Source: Podarcis cretensis
Taxonomy: Eukaryota
DNA length: 64,000 bases
Assembly (NCBI GenBank): GCA_951804945.1
Contig: OX638150.1
Location: 42,532,001-42,596,000, forward strand
Direction: 5' to 3'
Shown in pieces: positions 1-11,180 of the stretch. The notes under the pieces were generated by a model. The model was not told the origin of the DNA. It worked only from the letters and a program-made list of their open reading frames with translations, and searched no databases. The position numbers and the translations under genes are program-made. How positions within the stretch are numbered: position 1 is the stretch's first letter; each line of letters begins with the position of its first letter.

Positions 1-189
1 ACCGCCTGCATCTGGCCTTCAAACGACAAGTATCTACTGAGCAGGCACAGGCCTATGCTGAAAGATTAGGCATGACATTCTTTGAAGTAAGCCCACTCTG
101 CAATTTCAACATCACAGAGTCCTTTACGGAACTTGCAAGGATTGTGTTAATGAGACATGGAATGGACCGGCTGTGGAGGCCAAACAAAG
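1..189 (+). CDS. RAB40B: RAB40B penultimate coding exon (5' part lies outside the window)
   Basis: Frame from nt 3 reads [62 protein letters not shown], the Rab40 G4/G5 region. Donor G|GTAAGT at 189/190. Confidence 0.95.
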
Positions 190-404
190 GTAAGTAACAC
201 AAAATCATTTGCTTTATTGGAGCGGGGCGTCTAACTCATGAGCCAGCTCTGGGCCTGCAAGCCACAGGAAGTGGTCCACTAGCTCCATGAAGTTTTTATC
301 TCCTCATATCAGTGTTGTGACGCTGAGCACAAGATGAGGAGCTAATCTTTAAAGAACAGGCAGAGAGAATTGAAAAGGAATAGGAAGACTTTTGCCTTAC
401 TCAA

Positions 405-525
405 AGAGTGAGTGAGAGAGTGTTGTGTATGTGTTTGCGTGAGAGAATGCTGTGTGCTTGCAGATGTGGTGAGTGTGGTGTATATGTGTGTATGAGAGAG
501 TGCTCTGTGTGTGTGTGTGTGCACA
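405..525. repeat. Degenerate (TG)/(GA) microsatellite
   Basis: gagtgagtgagagag...tgtgtgtgtgtgtgtg in the RAB40B intron. Confidence 0.8.
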
Positions 526-1102
526 CATGCAGCATAAATATACACTGGCCGTGCCGGGGAACTATGTTAAAAAACTAATGGTGGAGAGCAGTATGCAGGT
601 TGTAGATTAGCCACCCTGCTGTAAACAGTATGACAACTGAGTGCCAAACTTGGGAGCACCCTTCCTCCCCACTCACTTCCCTTGTCTGCTTTAACCATGC
701 TCAACATTACATCTGTACTAGTACTGGATATGGTTAACATTTACAATTTCCAGAGAGTGAGTCATGCTAGTCTCTTGCAGCAAAAACAACAGAGTCTTGA
801 ACAAATTTATCACAGCAAAATCTTTCACTTCATCAGATGCACAAAGGAAACCAGTGCTTCATATTACCTCAGGTGTGATGGATATGTTGGAAAGGCTTAT
901 AAATTGATAGCTCTCCTTCTCTAAGGTGGAAAGAATTAGAATTTCTACCCCTAAATAATTTGAATAAGTACCCGCAAGCTATACATGGGTTGTTAGAGAA
1001 AAGGAGGTAACTAAAGTGGATGTTCAAGCACTGAAGTACTGTTTACCTAAAATTTACTTCAGTGGGCACCTGGAATTATGCTGCCATCTAGAGGTGGAGG
1101 TT

Positions 1103-1139
1103 GTATGTATGTATGTATGTATGTATTTATGTATGTATT
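1103..1139. repeat. (TATG)n microsatellite
   Basis: gtatgtatgtatgtatgtatgtatttatgtatgtatt. Confidence 0.9.
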
Positions 1140-1430
1140 TGGCTGTTTTTCTTTTCAGGGGGAGGGTTATGTGTTGTTACAATTTTTTTTTCTTCCCCAT
1201 TTTCTCCTGGTTAAATCATTGCAACATTACCTTTATTCATGGAGGCAAGCCATAGTTATGGGGATTCAAGGTAGAATTAGGAAGGAACTTCAGAAGCAGT
1301 GAAAAGAAACAGAACCCGAAGAGCTCTGAAAAATACAGTGAAGTCAAAGTTGTGCACTCGTGTCACCTTGTGGCTATTTAGAATCATGTTATGACTAATC
1401 TTCATTCATGTTTTTGCTTCTTGTTTCAAG

Positions 1431-1702
1431 TCCTGAGTTTGCAAGATCTTTGCTGCCGCGCCATAGTTTCATGCACCCCAGTGCACCTTGTGGACAAACT
1501 TCCACTCCCTGTTGCCTTAAGAAGCCATCTCAAATCGTTCTCTATGGCCAATGGACTTAATGCTCGGATGATGCACGGACGTTCCTACTCGCTCACTGCC
1601 AGCAACAACAACAAAAGAAATAGTCTGAAGAAAGCCAAAATTATCCGTCCACTCCAGAGCCCTCCAAAACACTGCACCAGAAATAGCTGTAAAATCTCCT
1701 AA
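1431..1702 (+). CDS. RAB40B: RAB40B last coding exon: SOCS box and C-terminal prenylation motif
   Basis: Acceptor ttgtttcaag|TC joins in phase (G|TC = Val). Encodes [34 protein letters not shown] (SOCS box) through RNSCKIS-stop (TAA 1700-1702). The position next to WDR45B and FOXK2 supports the B paralogue. Confidence 0.95.
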
Positions 1703-2486
1703 GCCTCTGCTTGGAAAGGTTTGGGCCAGAGCCTTTAACACAAGGACTCATAGTCAGGTCTGTTGTATGTATTGCATTACAGAAACAGAACAAAAAAATT
1801 GCTATTTTAGAGTCATTTGTTTTAAATAATGCTGCTTCCAGATGTGTGATGCACTCTGTGCAAACAAAGGGATGTGAAACTTTGCTGTTGGGTTTTTTTA
1901 TATATCAATTTTTTGATGTGCATGAAAACTTTGTGTGTTTTATAAAGGGAATAATTTATCACACTACTCAGCTTTCGATGACACTAAATCTCAGAAGTGA
2001 GTTGATTTAATTGCTCAAATATTGTTTAATCACTACATTTTATTCGCAGTTAAATAGGAATCAGTGTCAGTCTGTAGATGCAGGCAGTTTTTTAAACCAC
2101 AATGTATTGTATACATTGTAAAAGCTACAAATTCTGTAGTGAAACAATTATTTGTGATGTTGCAGTAGAGCATCTGAAAATGGTTTTGTACTGTTTCCTC
2201 AGTGATTTTGGAGCACTGCTTTGAGCTACCAGTGTGTAAATGCAATATACACAAGATTTTCTCCCATCCATGTATGAAATATTTGATAAAAGTTTTGCTA
2301 TGTTGTTTAGGGATTAATCTGTGGTTTATATGCTTATTTTTCTGGTAAATCTACATTTTTGTAATGGATATTCTAGTGATCAGTTATATTGCAAAAAAGC
2401 CAAAGACATCAGATGTATTTGCCACATAGCAGTAAGAAAAATGTGATTTGAAAAGCTGCTTTATTGGGGAAAGGTCGCTATTTAAA

Positions 2487-2492
2487 AATAAA
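2487..2492 (+). terminator. RAB40B: Probable RAB40B polyadenylation signal
   Basis: AATAAA about 790 nt after the stop, at the end of an AU-rich 3'UTR-like stretch, followed by GT/T-rich sequence. Confidence 0.55.
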
Positions 2493-2667
2493 ACACTTTT
2501 TAAAAGCTCTAAAAAGTGCTGGAGTGGTTTTTCCTAGTTAAATATTTTCCTGGTCTCCCAAGACTCTGTTGAGGTAATGACTTTCATTTATAATTTGTTC
2601 ATGACTTGATTAAAGGGTCATCTCCTACCAGTTTTGTCTGTGAAGTCAGGAAGATGCTTATATTGAA

Positions 2668-2738
2668 CACCTGCCCAGAATTGCTGGGGCAACCCAGTGA
2701 GATGGGTGGCGGCAAATAATAAACCTATTATTATTATT
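2668..2738 (+). mobile_element. L2-type LINE 3' tail fragment
   Basis: ctggggcaacccagtgagatgggtgg...aataataaa followed by (TTA)n. The same tail occurs inverted at about 40150-40260 and 57312-57470. Confidence 0.6.
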
Positions 2739-3094
2739 GGCTGGTAGTTGGTTTTTAAGTAAACTGGGAGTATTTTTCCCACTGCTGTGCTGTTCTGTTT
2801 TCAACTTATTTTGTTTTAATATGGTTTTGCTTTTTATTTTTTATTGTACAGTTTGATTTGAACTGAAAACATTTCTGATGGTGTATTATTTTATTATTTT
2901 ATTCTGTTTTTCCTTTACTTGGCACAGTTCTCTTAAGAACAACTGCTTACCCCCTTGGCTGCCCCCACCATCTTCCAGGTGAACAACCAGAAGCCACATG
3001 ACACCATCAATAACACCTGTTGTTTCAGAGCTGCTACTGCAAGGGCAGTATCATCTGCCTATGAATCTTATTTTATTATTGCAATCTACTATAG

Positions 3095-3812
3095 GAATAT
3101 AAGATGCTGGACCAGACCAAAGGCCCACCTGTTCTCACAGTGACCAATGAGATGCCTCTGGGAAGTCCACAAGCAGGACATTAGCACTCTTCTCCACTTG
3201 TGCTCCTCAGCAATTAGTATTCAAAGGCATACCACCTTATGATACTGGAGGCAAAAAAGGCCATTACATTGATAGAAAAATTATGGAGAATAAGGCGAAG
3301 TTAACTCTTAAAGTCATCCAAGTTGGTGGCCATTGCTACATCATACAATAGCTAATTCCACAGTAGCTAATTTTAATCACCCTTTTTGTGAATTGAAAAG
3401 CCCCAAGTGAAGTATGCTTTCTGCATGGAGAAGTTGTTCCAGCCCCTTGATCTTATTGGTTGCTCTTTTCTGCATCTTTTCCAGCTCTACAGTATCATCT
3501 TTGAGATGAGCAGAATTTCAAGTACAACACACAAGATTTACATTTTCACTGAGCTATCCATCACAACCGCAAATATAATTCCTGCTCAATCACCACCAGT
3601 TCAGTGTATATGAGAAATTAGGGTGCTGTTGTTTTTTTGCTCTAATATACATAACTTTACACTTGCTTACACTGAATTACATTCACCATTTTAATGTCTA
3701 TCCAGTCTGAAGAGATGGTCAAGGGTTCCTAACAATCCATTTTCATTTTTACCAGCCTATACAGTTTGCTGTCACCAGCAAAGTTGTTGACCTCATTGCT
3801 CACCCCCAAGTC
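3095..3812 (-). mobile_element. Old CR1 LINE 3' fragment
   Basis: Resembles the reverse complement of a squamate CR1 ORF2 end and 3'UTR (aaagtcatccaagttggtggccattgctac; ttttccagctctacagtatc; ttgctcaccccca). Heavily diverged; boundaries are approximate. Confidence 0.6.
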
Positions 3813-4592
3813 AAGACTGAATGTCTTAATTGGTACTCCTAGGCGAAGGTACTCAGAGCTTTTCTTCTCTTGTCTTTTTAAATTAAAAAACCAAAACAAA
3901 TCCAGCCTTTACCTCTCCTAGAAAGTAAGTTATGAAGCAAAATAGGCAGGTACCCAGTTTTTGTGAAATGAGCCAACCTGGCTGCTCCTGCCAGTCAGTA
4001 TTTTTAGCCAATGAGTGAAGTCAAAGCTGTGATTGATAAGTGATTTGTTTGAAAACCAGCAATAGCAATTCCTGGATTCGGCAGGATCTGCTGTTTCTCT
4101 GTCTCATGTTTGAAAAGCAGTATTCAAAAATAAAATTATTGCCAAGCATAAGCAAAACACACTTGCCAAGCCAACACATCACACCTCCATGTCACTTCAT
4201 GTTCTTAATTGTGAAAGTGCTTGATGAAGAAGAAAGGGAGGAAATCGTTTCCTAACCACCAGAACAGAAATTGTAGTACTGTATATGGTAGTATTGTGTG
4301 TATGCCAGTGTGTTATTGAAACCAGCAATGTCCTTTGATTATATATGCTTTATGAAAAATCTGCGGTCTGAGCACTTGAAGGTTTATTCCTCAGCACATT
4401 GTCTTAAGCACAGCAACATGTGAAGCATACTGTTATAGGTCTGTAGATGCTAAATGCCCGGGTTTAATATATGTTGGAATATAATTAGAACTGGGATGTG
4501 AAAATGGCATGTCAGGCCCTTGTGTCCTAAAATGTGTATTAGGTTCTGCAGACACACTTCAAAGCTCCTGACATTAACATGTGAAAAGCTTA

Positions 4593-4814
4593 CATAAACA
4601 CAAATTTGTGTTTATGTACGTAATGATATGGTTTTTTTCTGTAGATGTGTGCTTTTCCATTTTTGTTTAGTTTTGTTTCCTTTGTTTTTTTTCCTTTTCT
4701 GTTTTTTTTTTTGTATGTTCCAGGTTTTTTTGTTTGTATAGTATTATTTTGGATTCAATGTTTGTAATTTTTGTTATGATTCTACATTGAAAATAAAAAA
4801 ATTCAAAAAAAAAC
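4593..4814 (+). mobile_element. Poly(A)-tailed retro-insertion (L1/Tx1-like T-rich 3'UTR) with target-site duplication
   Basis: T-rich body, AATAAA at 4792-4797 and an A-tail. Flanked by acatgtgaaaagctta (4577-4592) and acatgtgagaagctta (4815-4830), a 15/16 match. Confidence 0.7.
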
Positions 4815-5033
4815 ACATGTGAGAAGCTTAATGAAGGCAGACCCTGTGTGCTAAGTGGGTACCAGCCATGACTAACCCTGGAGAATCAACAAGTGTAAAA
4901 GTTAATTAACAGGTAATTTCCTTGTGAGGTGACTGCCTGGGGACAAGCCATTTAGGCGACACAAAGGGGTGAAAAGGTAAGCCTCATTTGCAAACATGTG
5001 GGCCAGGGCTGGATTTAGGTTTGATGAGGGCCT

Positions 5034-5396
5034 AAAGGTAAAGGTAAAGGTACCCCTGCCCGTACGGGCCAGTCTTGACAGACTCTGGGGTTGTGCGCCC
5101 ATCTCACTTAAGAGGCCAGGGCCAGCGCTGTCCGGAGACACTTCCGGGTCACGTGGCCAGCGTGACATCACTGCTCTGGCCAGAGCCAGAGCCGCACACG
5201 GAAACGCCGTTTACCTTCCCACTGGTAAGCGGTCCCTATTTATCTACTTGCACCCGGAGGTGCTTTCGAACTGCTAGGTTGGCAGGCGCTGGGACCGAGC
5301 AGCAGGAGCGCACCCCGCCGCAGGGATTCGAACCGCCGACCTTTCGATCGGCAAGCCCTAGGCGCTGAGGCTTTAACCCACAGCGCCACCTGTGTC
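5034..5396 (-). mobile_element. Full-length Sauria SINE
   Basis: tRNA-like head with B-box (GGTTCGAATCC on the minus strand), core gcaagtagataaataggg, and the diagnostic (ACCTTT)n tail seen as aaaggtaaaggtaaaggt. Confidence 0.92.
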
Positions 5397-5467
5397 ATCA
5401 AATGGTAATGGGGCCCTTTATATGTCCAGCTGTCCTTTGTCAACAACAAATTGTTGCTGTTTTTTGT

Positions 5468-5648
5468 TTCAGGTAGGTAGCTGTGTTGGTCTGACGCTGA
5501 CGAAATAGATATAAAAAATTAAAAAAATGCTCAGTAGCACCGTAGAGACCAATTTCCGGTAAGTTAGTTCAGGGTATAAGCTTTCGTGTGCATGCACACT
5601 TCTTCAGACTTAAATGTCAGGGGTCCTTTACCTTTAAGGTGCAACTGG
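5468..5648 (-). mobile_element. Penelope-like element terminus with hammerhead core
   Basis: caggtaggtagctgtgttggtc...gtagcaccgtagagacc...gctttcgtgtgcatgcacacttcttcag, homologous to 53721-53919. 12-bp TSD gctgttttttgt at 5456-5467 and 5649-5660. Confidence 0.8.
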
Positions 5649-5729
5649 GCTGTTTTTTGTGTTGAATATATGCTATATGGTAATTTATGGACCTAATAGG
5701 TATCTAAAGTCATTTGGTCACAACAAATA

Positions 5730-5890
5730 CAGTGGTACCTTGGGTTACAAACACCTGCTAACCCAGAAGTAGTACCTCGGGTTAAGAACTTTACCTCAGG
5801 ATGAGAACTGTTAATTGTGCGGCAGCAGCGGAAGCCCCATTAGCTAAAGTGGTACCTCAGGTTAAGAACAGTTTCAGCTTAAGAACGGAC
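5730..5890 (+). mobile_element. Truncated Tc1/pogo-type MITE
   Basis: TA|CAGTGGTACCT left TIR; internal sequence shared with the intact copy at 61538-61779; right TIR missing. Confidence 0.8.
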
Positions 5891-6179
5891 ACAAAACACT
5901 GTTGCTGTATGTAGGTGTTATTTTGTTTTTTTATCTTATATTTTGGAAATGTACATCCATTTCCCCTCCCCTTTAATTCCCCCCTCCAGAGAGTGGGGCC
6001 CTAAACTATAGTTTGTTTAGCTTATACGTAAACCCGGCACTGGTCGTGCCTCATTCCCGAAGGAAAGACTAACTCTGGAGTAAGAAGCACGTCTGCAACC
6101 CCTGGAATGGTGGTGACTTTACTGGGGTCTTTTGCCTCCTCGTAACCCCATTTAGGATCCCTTACCTCTCTTGCAAGGG

Positions 6180-7250
6180 CAGCGAAGGTGACACGCGATG
6201 GAGACCGTGAGAGGCGCCACGAGGAGGGCTTTCCCCCTCGCCCACCTTTCCCGGTGGCGCCAGCCAGCTGAGAGTCGGGCTGCTGATCGTTAGCTTGGCA
6301 CTCCGCCGGGCGGCCTGCCTTGAGCGACGCGCTCTGCGCTCGCAAAGAGGGGGACGGACGTAGCAGGCTGGGGAATGGAAAGAGCCAAGCCAAGGAAGGC
6401 GGCGGCGGCGGCGGCCGGTGTTCGACAATTCGGCTCTCCTTTGGTCAACCTAGGAGGGCTCATTGGACGCGCTCGGTATTCGGCGCGGCGCCTGTCTAGT
6501 CCGGAAGGAATCGTGGCGCTGCCGCCCCCTCAGGCCAGTGACCCTCCCCCGATGGTGTGAAGGACCCCCCCCCCCCGTCCGCGACTGCGGCCTTCCCCGG
6601 AGTCCGGCGCCATGAATCTGCTCCCAGCCAACCCGCACGGGAATGGGTTGCTGTTCGCCGGTTTCAACCAGGACCACGGTAAAGACCCTCGCGGGGCGCC
6701 AGAGAGTGGGGGGTGGGAGCCAGGGGTCCGCCTGTCCGCCCGCGGGGGAGGCGTTCGGGCTTGGCGGGTTTCCTTTCCTCCCCCGTGTTCAGCGTCTATA
6801 ATGGGGCGAGGTTGGGAGAGGCGAAAGTTGAGTTTCTCGCCCCCACCCAAATAATTTCAGGCCTTCCGAGAGGAGGGAGGCGCAGGTCTCGAACCCGCGG
6901 CCAGCCTAGACGGATGCCTGGGCACAAAAAAGTGCGGGCGGGGAGGAGGGCTTTACCTTCCCTTCTTGGGGCGAAGAGAGGGGGCTGCCCTCTCCGGGCT
7001 CAGACACATCTCCTCTCCCCCCCCCCCCCAGCAGCTTGCCTTTGTCCCTTAAGTTTGCGTTGCTTGGCACTCTCTGTTAACATTGATGGGTGCCGATACT
7101 TCCCCCTTTGGCCTCGTCTCTCCCCTTTCCGTTTTCCGGCCTCTGGTTAGCGCGCTTGGGTGTTTATGGGGTGCAGTCGGAGTCTGGTGCTTTGCAAAAT
7201 GCGCGGGGAGGGTCGGCCTCTGCCCTGAGACACCAAGACAGGGGAGGCAG
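6180..7250 (+). promoter_or_regulatory. WDR45B: CpG island / promoter of WDR45B
   Basis: Dense CpG and high GC spanning exon 1. (GGC)n run at about 6398-6415 and an inverted CCAAT (ATTGG) at about 6463. Confidence 0.85.
6612..6678 (+). CDS. WDR45B: WDR45B (WIPI3) coding exon 1
   Basis: gccATG Kozak context; MNLLPANPHGNGLLFAGFNQDH(G); donor G|GTAAAG; 67 nt. Confidence 0.95.
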
Positions 7251-8169
7251 TTGCTTCCATTCTCCTCCTTGCCTTCTCAGGCTTCCAGGAGGAGCCTTGT
7301 TTTGTCCTAATACAACAGTGCTTGGCCCAGTTCAGATGCTTTACCCCTTGTAGATTGCCTCATCCTGTTCTCCTTTAGTCTTTCTCTTTAAAAACCTGCA
7401 TATATTGAGCTCCTTGTTGGGCATGAGTGTCAGGCTTGCCCTCCTACTCAATGCCATTTCCACTGCAACTGATGCATAATTCAACAGTTCCCACAAGCAG
7501 ATGCCAAAGCTGGACTTAGGGCTAAGATGTGTGTTTTGGCCCAGTTGTGCACTGAATCATTCTATTCCTCAGATTGCCTTGCTTGAATTCTCATCAAACT
7601 GCAGCTCTTTCAGAGGTAGCTGCTTTCTTGGGCATATAAATTTGCATGTAGAATTGACTGTCCTGAACAGTTTTATTGCTTTTAATCAAAGGACACATAG
7701 CAGCAACATCGCAGTCACAGTAAAGAAGCAAAATTTCTAGATACCCTAAATGACTGTGCCTCTGGTCATGGAACCAACTAGAAAGTCCGCAACCCTGAGG
7801 TTAATCTTGAGTAGTGCCCAGGACCTGATGCAAGATGTAATTGTTATCATGCCAGTTGGGAGCAGTGACCATAGCACTATTAAATTAAATGTGCTTTGAT
7901 TTCAAAACAGGAAACTTCCCCAAAGGGAGGAACTTGGTAAAAAGGAAGTTGAAAGGCAAAGTCAAGTGGGGTGGATCACTCCAAATTGCTGGGGACTTGC
8001 TTAAAAATGCAGTATTAGAAACTCAGCTGGCGTGTACACCATAGATGGCAAAAAGTATCATGAGGGCCAAGAGAATGCCAGTTTGGTAATGTGCAGAGAC
8101 AAGCCGTTAGAGGCAAGAAGGCTTCCTTTAACAAAAGGAAGTCTTGTCCAAATGAAGAGAACCAAAAGG

Positions 8170-8880
8170 AACACAAAATGGAGTCTTCCAAGAATTGGTA
8201 TTGGTATTTGTGCTTTATAACTTGTTCACAAATGATCAAGAGTTAGGAAGGGGTGAGCAGTGAAGTGCCCACATTTATTGATGATACTGAATTGTTCAGG
8301 GTCTTTAAAATGAAAAGAGATGGTGAAGAGCTCCAAAAGGACCTTTCCAAACTGAATGAATGGTTGGTAAATGGCAAATGCAACTTATTGTAAATGAATT
8401 GTTAGCACTAGGAATAATAATTTTACATATTGGTTCATGGGCTTTGAACTAGTGGTGACTGACCAGGAATGAGACTTTGGGGTAATAGTGGATGTCAGCG
8501 CAGTGTGCAGCAATTGTGAAAAAAAAGCCAAATTCCATGCTAGGAGGGCATTAGAAAAGGAACTGAAAATAAAACTGCCAATGTCACAATGATATACAAA
8601 TCTGTGGTGCAACCACATTTGGAATATTGTGTAGTACAGTTCTGGTCAGCTCACCTCAAAAAAGGATATTGTAAAGTTGGGAAAGGTTCACAAAAGTGCA
8701 ACCAAAATGATAAGGGGAATGGATCTTCAAGGGAAGGTTGCAGTGTTTGGGGCTTCTTAGTTTAGAGAAAAGGTGAATCAGAGGTGACATAGAAGTCTAT
8801 AAAATTATGCATGGCATGGAGAGAATGGACAGAAAAGCCCCCTCCCCCCCACTCATCACACTAGAACTGGTGGACCTCAG
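8170..8880 (+). mobile_element. Degenerate CR1 LINE RT / 3' ORF2 fragment in WDR45B intron 1
   Basis: Decayed FADD-like segment (catttattgatgatactgaattgttcagg) and CR1-typical ggaatattgtgt..cagttctggtc and tttagagaaaagg motifs; many stops. Confidence 0.75.
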
Positions 8881-9652
8881 TTATTATGAAATTATTTGAC
8901 TCCTGTGATCATCACCCGAGGCCCTTCTTTGTGTGCCTCCCCCACAAGAGGTCTGAAAGGTGTCAACGCAAGAAAGGGTGTTTTATGTGATGGCTCATAA
9001 ATTTAAGGTTCATTCTAAACCATTATAGTGAATAAAGTTTTGAACTGGCTGAAAGGAAAAATATTTAGATTGATGTACTTGATTGTGCTTCTTGGTAAAC
9101 AAATAAATGGGAAAAATAATATGCAGTTACTATAAATGCTGAGGCAGAGGAACAGAAGGGGGCAGGGAAAGGAAAGATACATTTTTCTCAATAACTGGCA
9201 TCAACTACAAGAAACAGGAAATGTGTGGTTGACAGAGCTCTCAATTTAAGCCTGTTGTGGGCCAGCCTGTTCAAAAACAAATTACACTTGGCAGAATGAG
9301 GACTCCCTAATCCCTATAAACAGCTGTGTAGGTTTGATCCTAAATAGCCAAGAAAATACATCAGGTTCCAGGCATCTTTATAGCTTTTAGTGCCAATTGC
9401 TTTGCTAAAATGTTCACAAATCCATTCTACTGCCATGGACACAACTGAACCACTGTAATGCATTGGATCTGTACTTGCAGTTAGATTCCTGGGTTGCCTA
9501 TTGTGACTAAGAGCATCTCTGACAGGGAAGAGTCTTACCTGACCCTCTTAATGGGAGATGCCTGTACACAGAGCATGTGCTACTACTGAGCTGTCTTTTG
9601 CCTGTTGATACAGAGCATATATACCTGACGTAGTAATCCTCTTCTTTTTTAG

Positions 9653-9727
9653 GGTGCTTTGCATGTGGGATGGAAAATGGATTTAGAGTGTTTAATGCAG
9701 ATCCGCTCAAAGAGAAGGAGAAACAAG
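9653..9727 (+). CDS. WDR45B: WDR45B exon 2
   Basis: ttttttag|GG; [24 protein letters not shown]; G|GTGAGA; 75 nt. Confidence 0.95.
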
Positions 9728-10126
9728 GTGAGATTCTTCCTCAATATACATAGTTGTTATGCTGCGCCATTTTTTTCATCTTAAACCACGTGCTGTGCAA
9801 TCCTATACCCTCAAGTAACTGTGCATAAAACAGAGATTTCACTTGCCAGAATTTGAGTACAATTTTTTAAAACTTTGATCCAGTATAATATTGCTGTGTC
9901 CATAATGTGTGGTCAGAAGAAGGCTCTGAGCAGGCTTTTCTGATGATGAAGCATTGTCTTGAAACGAGGCACTCCAGGAGTAAAAAGTAAAAGAGGACTG
10001 ACATCAGCTGCATTTTAACTTGGAGTCTTTGGAGAGAATCCTCTTGATACACAAAGAAGTTACAGTATTAATAAACTTTTATTTGCCTTGAGTGTTTAAT
10101 TAAAAATGTCCCTTTTCCCTCTCCAG

Positions 10127-10228
10127 AATTTCTAGAAGGAGGCGTTGGCCATGTTGAAATGTTGTTTCGCTGCAATTATTTAGCTTTGGTTGGTGGAGGA
10201 AAAAAACCCAAATACCCACCTAATAAAG
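10127..10228 (+). CDS. WDR45B: WDR45B exon 3
   Basis: ctccag|AA; [33 protein letters not shown]; G|GTAAAG; 102 nt. Confidence 0.95.
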
Positions 10229-10880
10229 GTAAAGTATTGAGCAGTAAGTAAGCAATAGCTTAGGGCTGAGTTCAGCACTAAACATTTCCAAGCTGCTTTA
10301 ATGTAACTGGTGTTCAAGCAGATTTTATCGAAAACTTCCTGGGTAGTTTAAAATTTGAATAAATGTGGACTTAGCTGTCACCCTTCTCGAGTTGTGCAAT
10401 GAGGTATCATTCCTTTTAATGCCAGGTACTAGCTAGAGCAATCTGTGACCTATTGTTTCCCTGTATTCAGGATAATTTGTGTTTTTCCAGATGGTCAAAG
10501 GATAAACAGATTTTGATAAGCAGCCATGATACTGCACTCCCACATAAATAGGAATAAAAAGCTATTGGCAGTAGCAGGTGGGGAGGGTGAAGAAGAGGGT
10601 AGACTAAGCTTCAGAATGCCATCATATAAGACTTGTTTGGATGTAGCTGATGCTTCTATTTTCTCCTGCTCCAAACCAATTGTACAATGTCTAATTTTGA
10701 AGATCTGAACTTGGGGTATGGTTTTTGGTTTTTTTTGCCAAGTGAACCAGTGGAAACTGGGTAGTCTGGGATGCAGTAGTTCCTCATGTAGCTAGACTCC
10801 CAAAGTGGCATCTCTGGAAGCACTTTATAAGATTGCAAGGTGTTATTTTAAGACTAATAAGGCCATTTCCATTTCTGCAG

Positions 10881-10968
10881 TGATGATCTGGGATGATCTG
10901 AAAAAGAAGACCGTTATCGAAATAGAATTTTCCACAGAAGTCAAAGCAGTTAAGCTGCGAAGAGATAG
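10881..10968 (+). CDS. WDR45B: WDR45B exon 4
   Basis: ctgcag|TG; [28 protein letters not shown]; AG|GTGAGT; 88 nt. Confidence 0.95.
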
Positions 10969-11085
10969 GTGAGTCTGGTCACATTCTGTTGTATGGAGAG
11001 CTCCTTCTGTTTTTTCCCCAGTTTGGAGTTGGACCAGTGTAGCTGGACATGATGCTAATTGGCCTGCCATTGCCTTCTCTTTCAG

Positions 11086-11180
11086 AATCGTGGTAGTTCT
11101 GGACTCTATGATTAAGGTTTTCACATTCACGCACAACCCTCACCAGTTGCACGTCTTCGAAACCTGCTACAATCCTAAAG
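11086..11180 (+). CDS. WDR45B: WDR45B exon 5
   Basis: tttcag|A; [31 protein letters not shown]; G|GTAAGT; 95 nt. Confidence 0.95.

Larger units (their letters stand above)
5004..6042. mobile_element. Non-autonomous hAT-like DNA transposon hosting nested insertions
   Basis: Imperfect TIRs cagggctggattta (5004-5017) and taaacccggcactg (6029-6042), an 11/14 match. The host sequence resumes after each nested insert. No 8-bp TSD is preserved. Confidence 0.6.

Noticed and set aside
4902-5449. ORFs shared with 13176-13646, 35825-36150 and 55874-56206 (e.g. LFIYLHPEVLSNC)
   Set aside because: They are translations of Sauria SINE copies, not a gene family.
6022-7353. Cluster of 60-145 aa ORFs around WDR45B exon 1
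   Set aside because: These reflect stop-codon scarcity in a CpG island; only 6612-6678 has homology and a splice donor.
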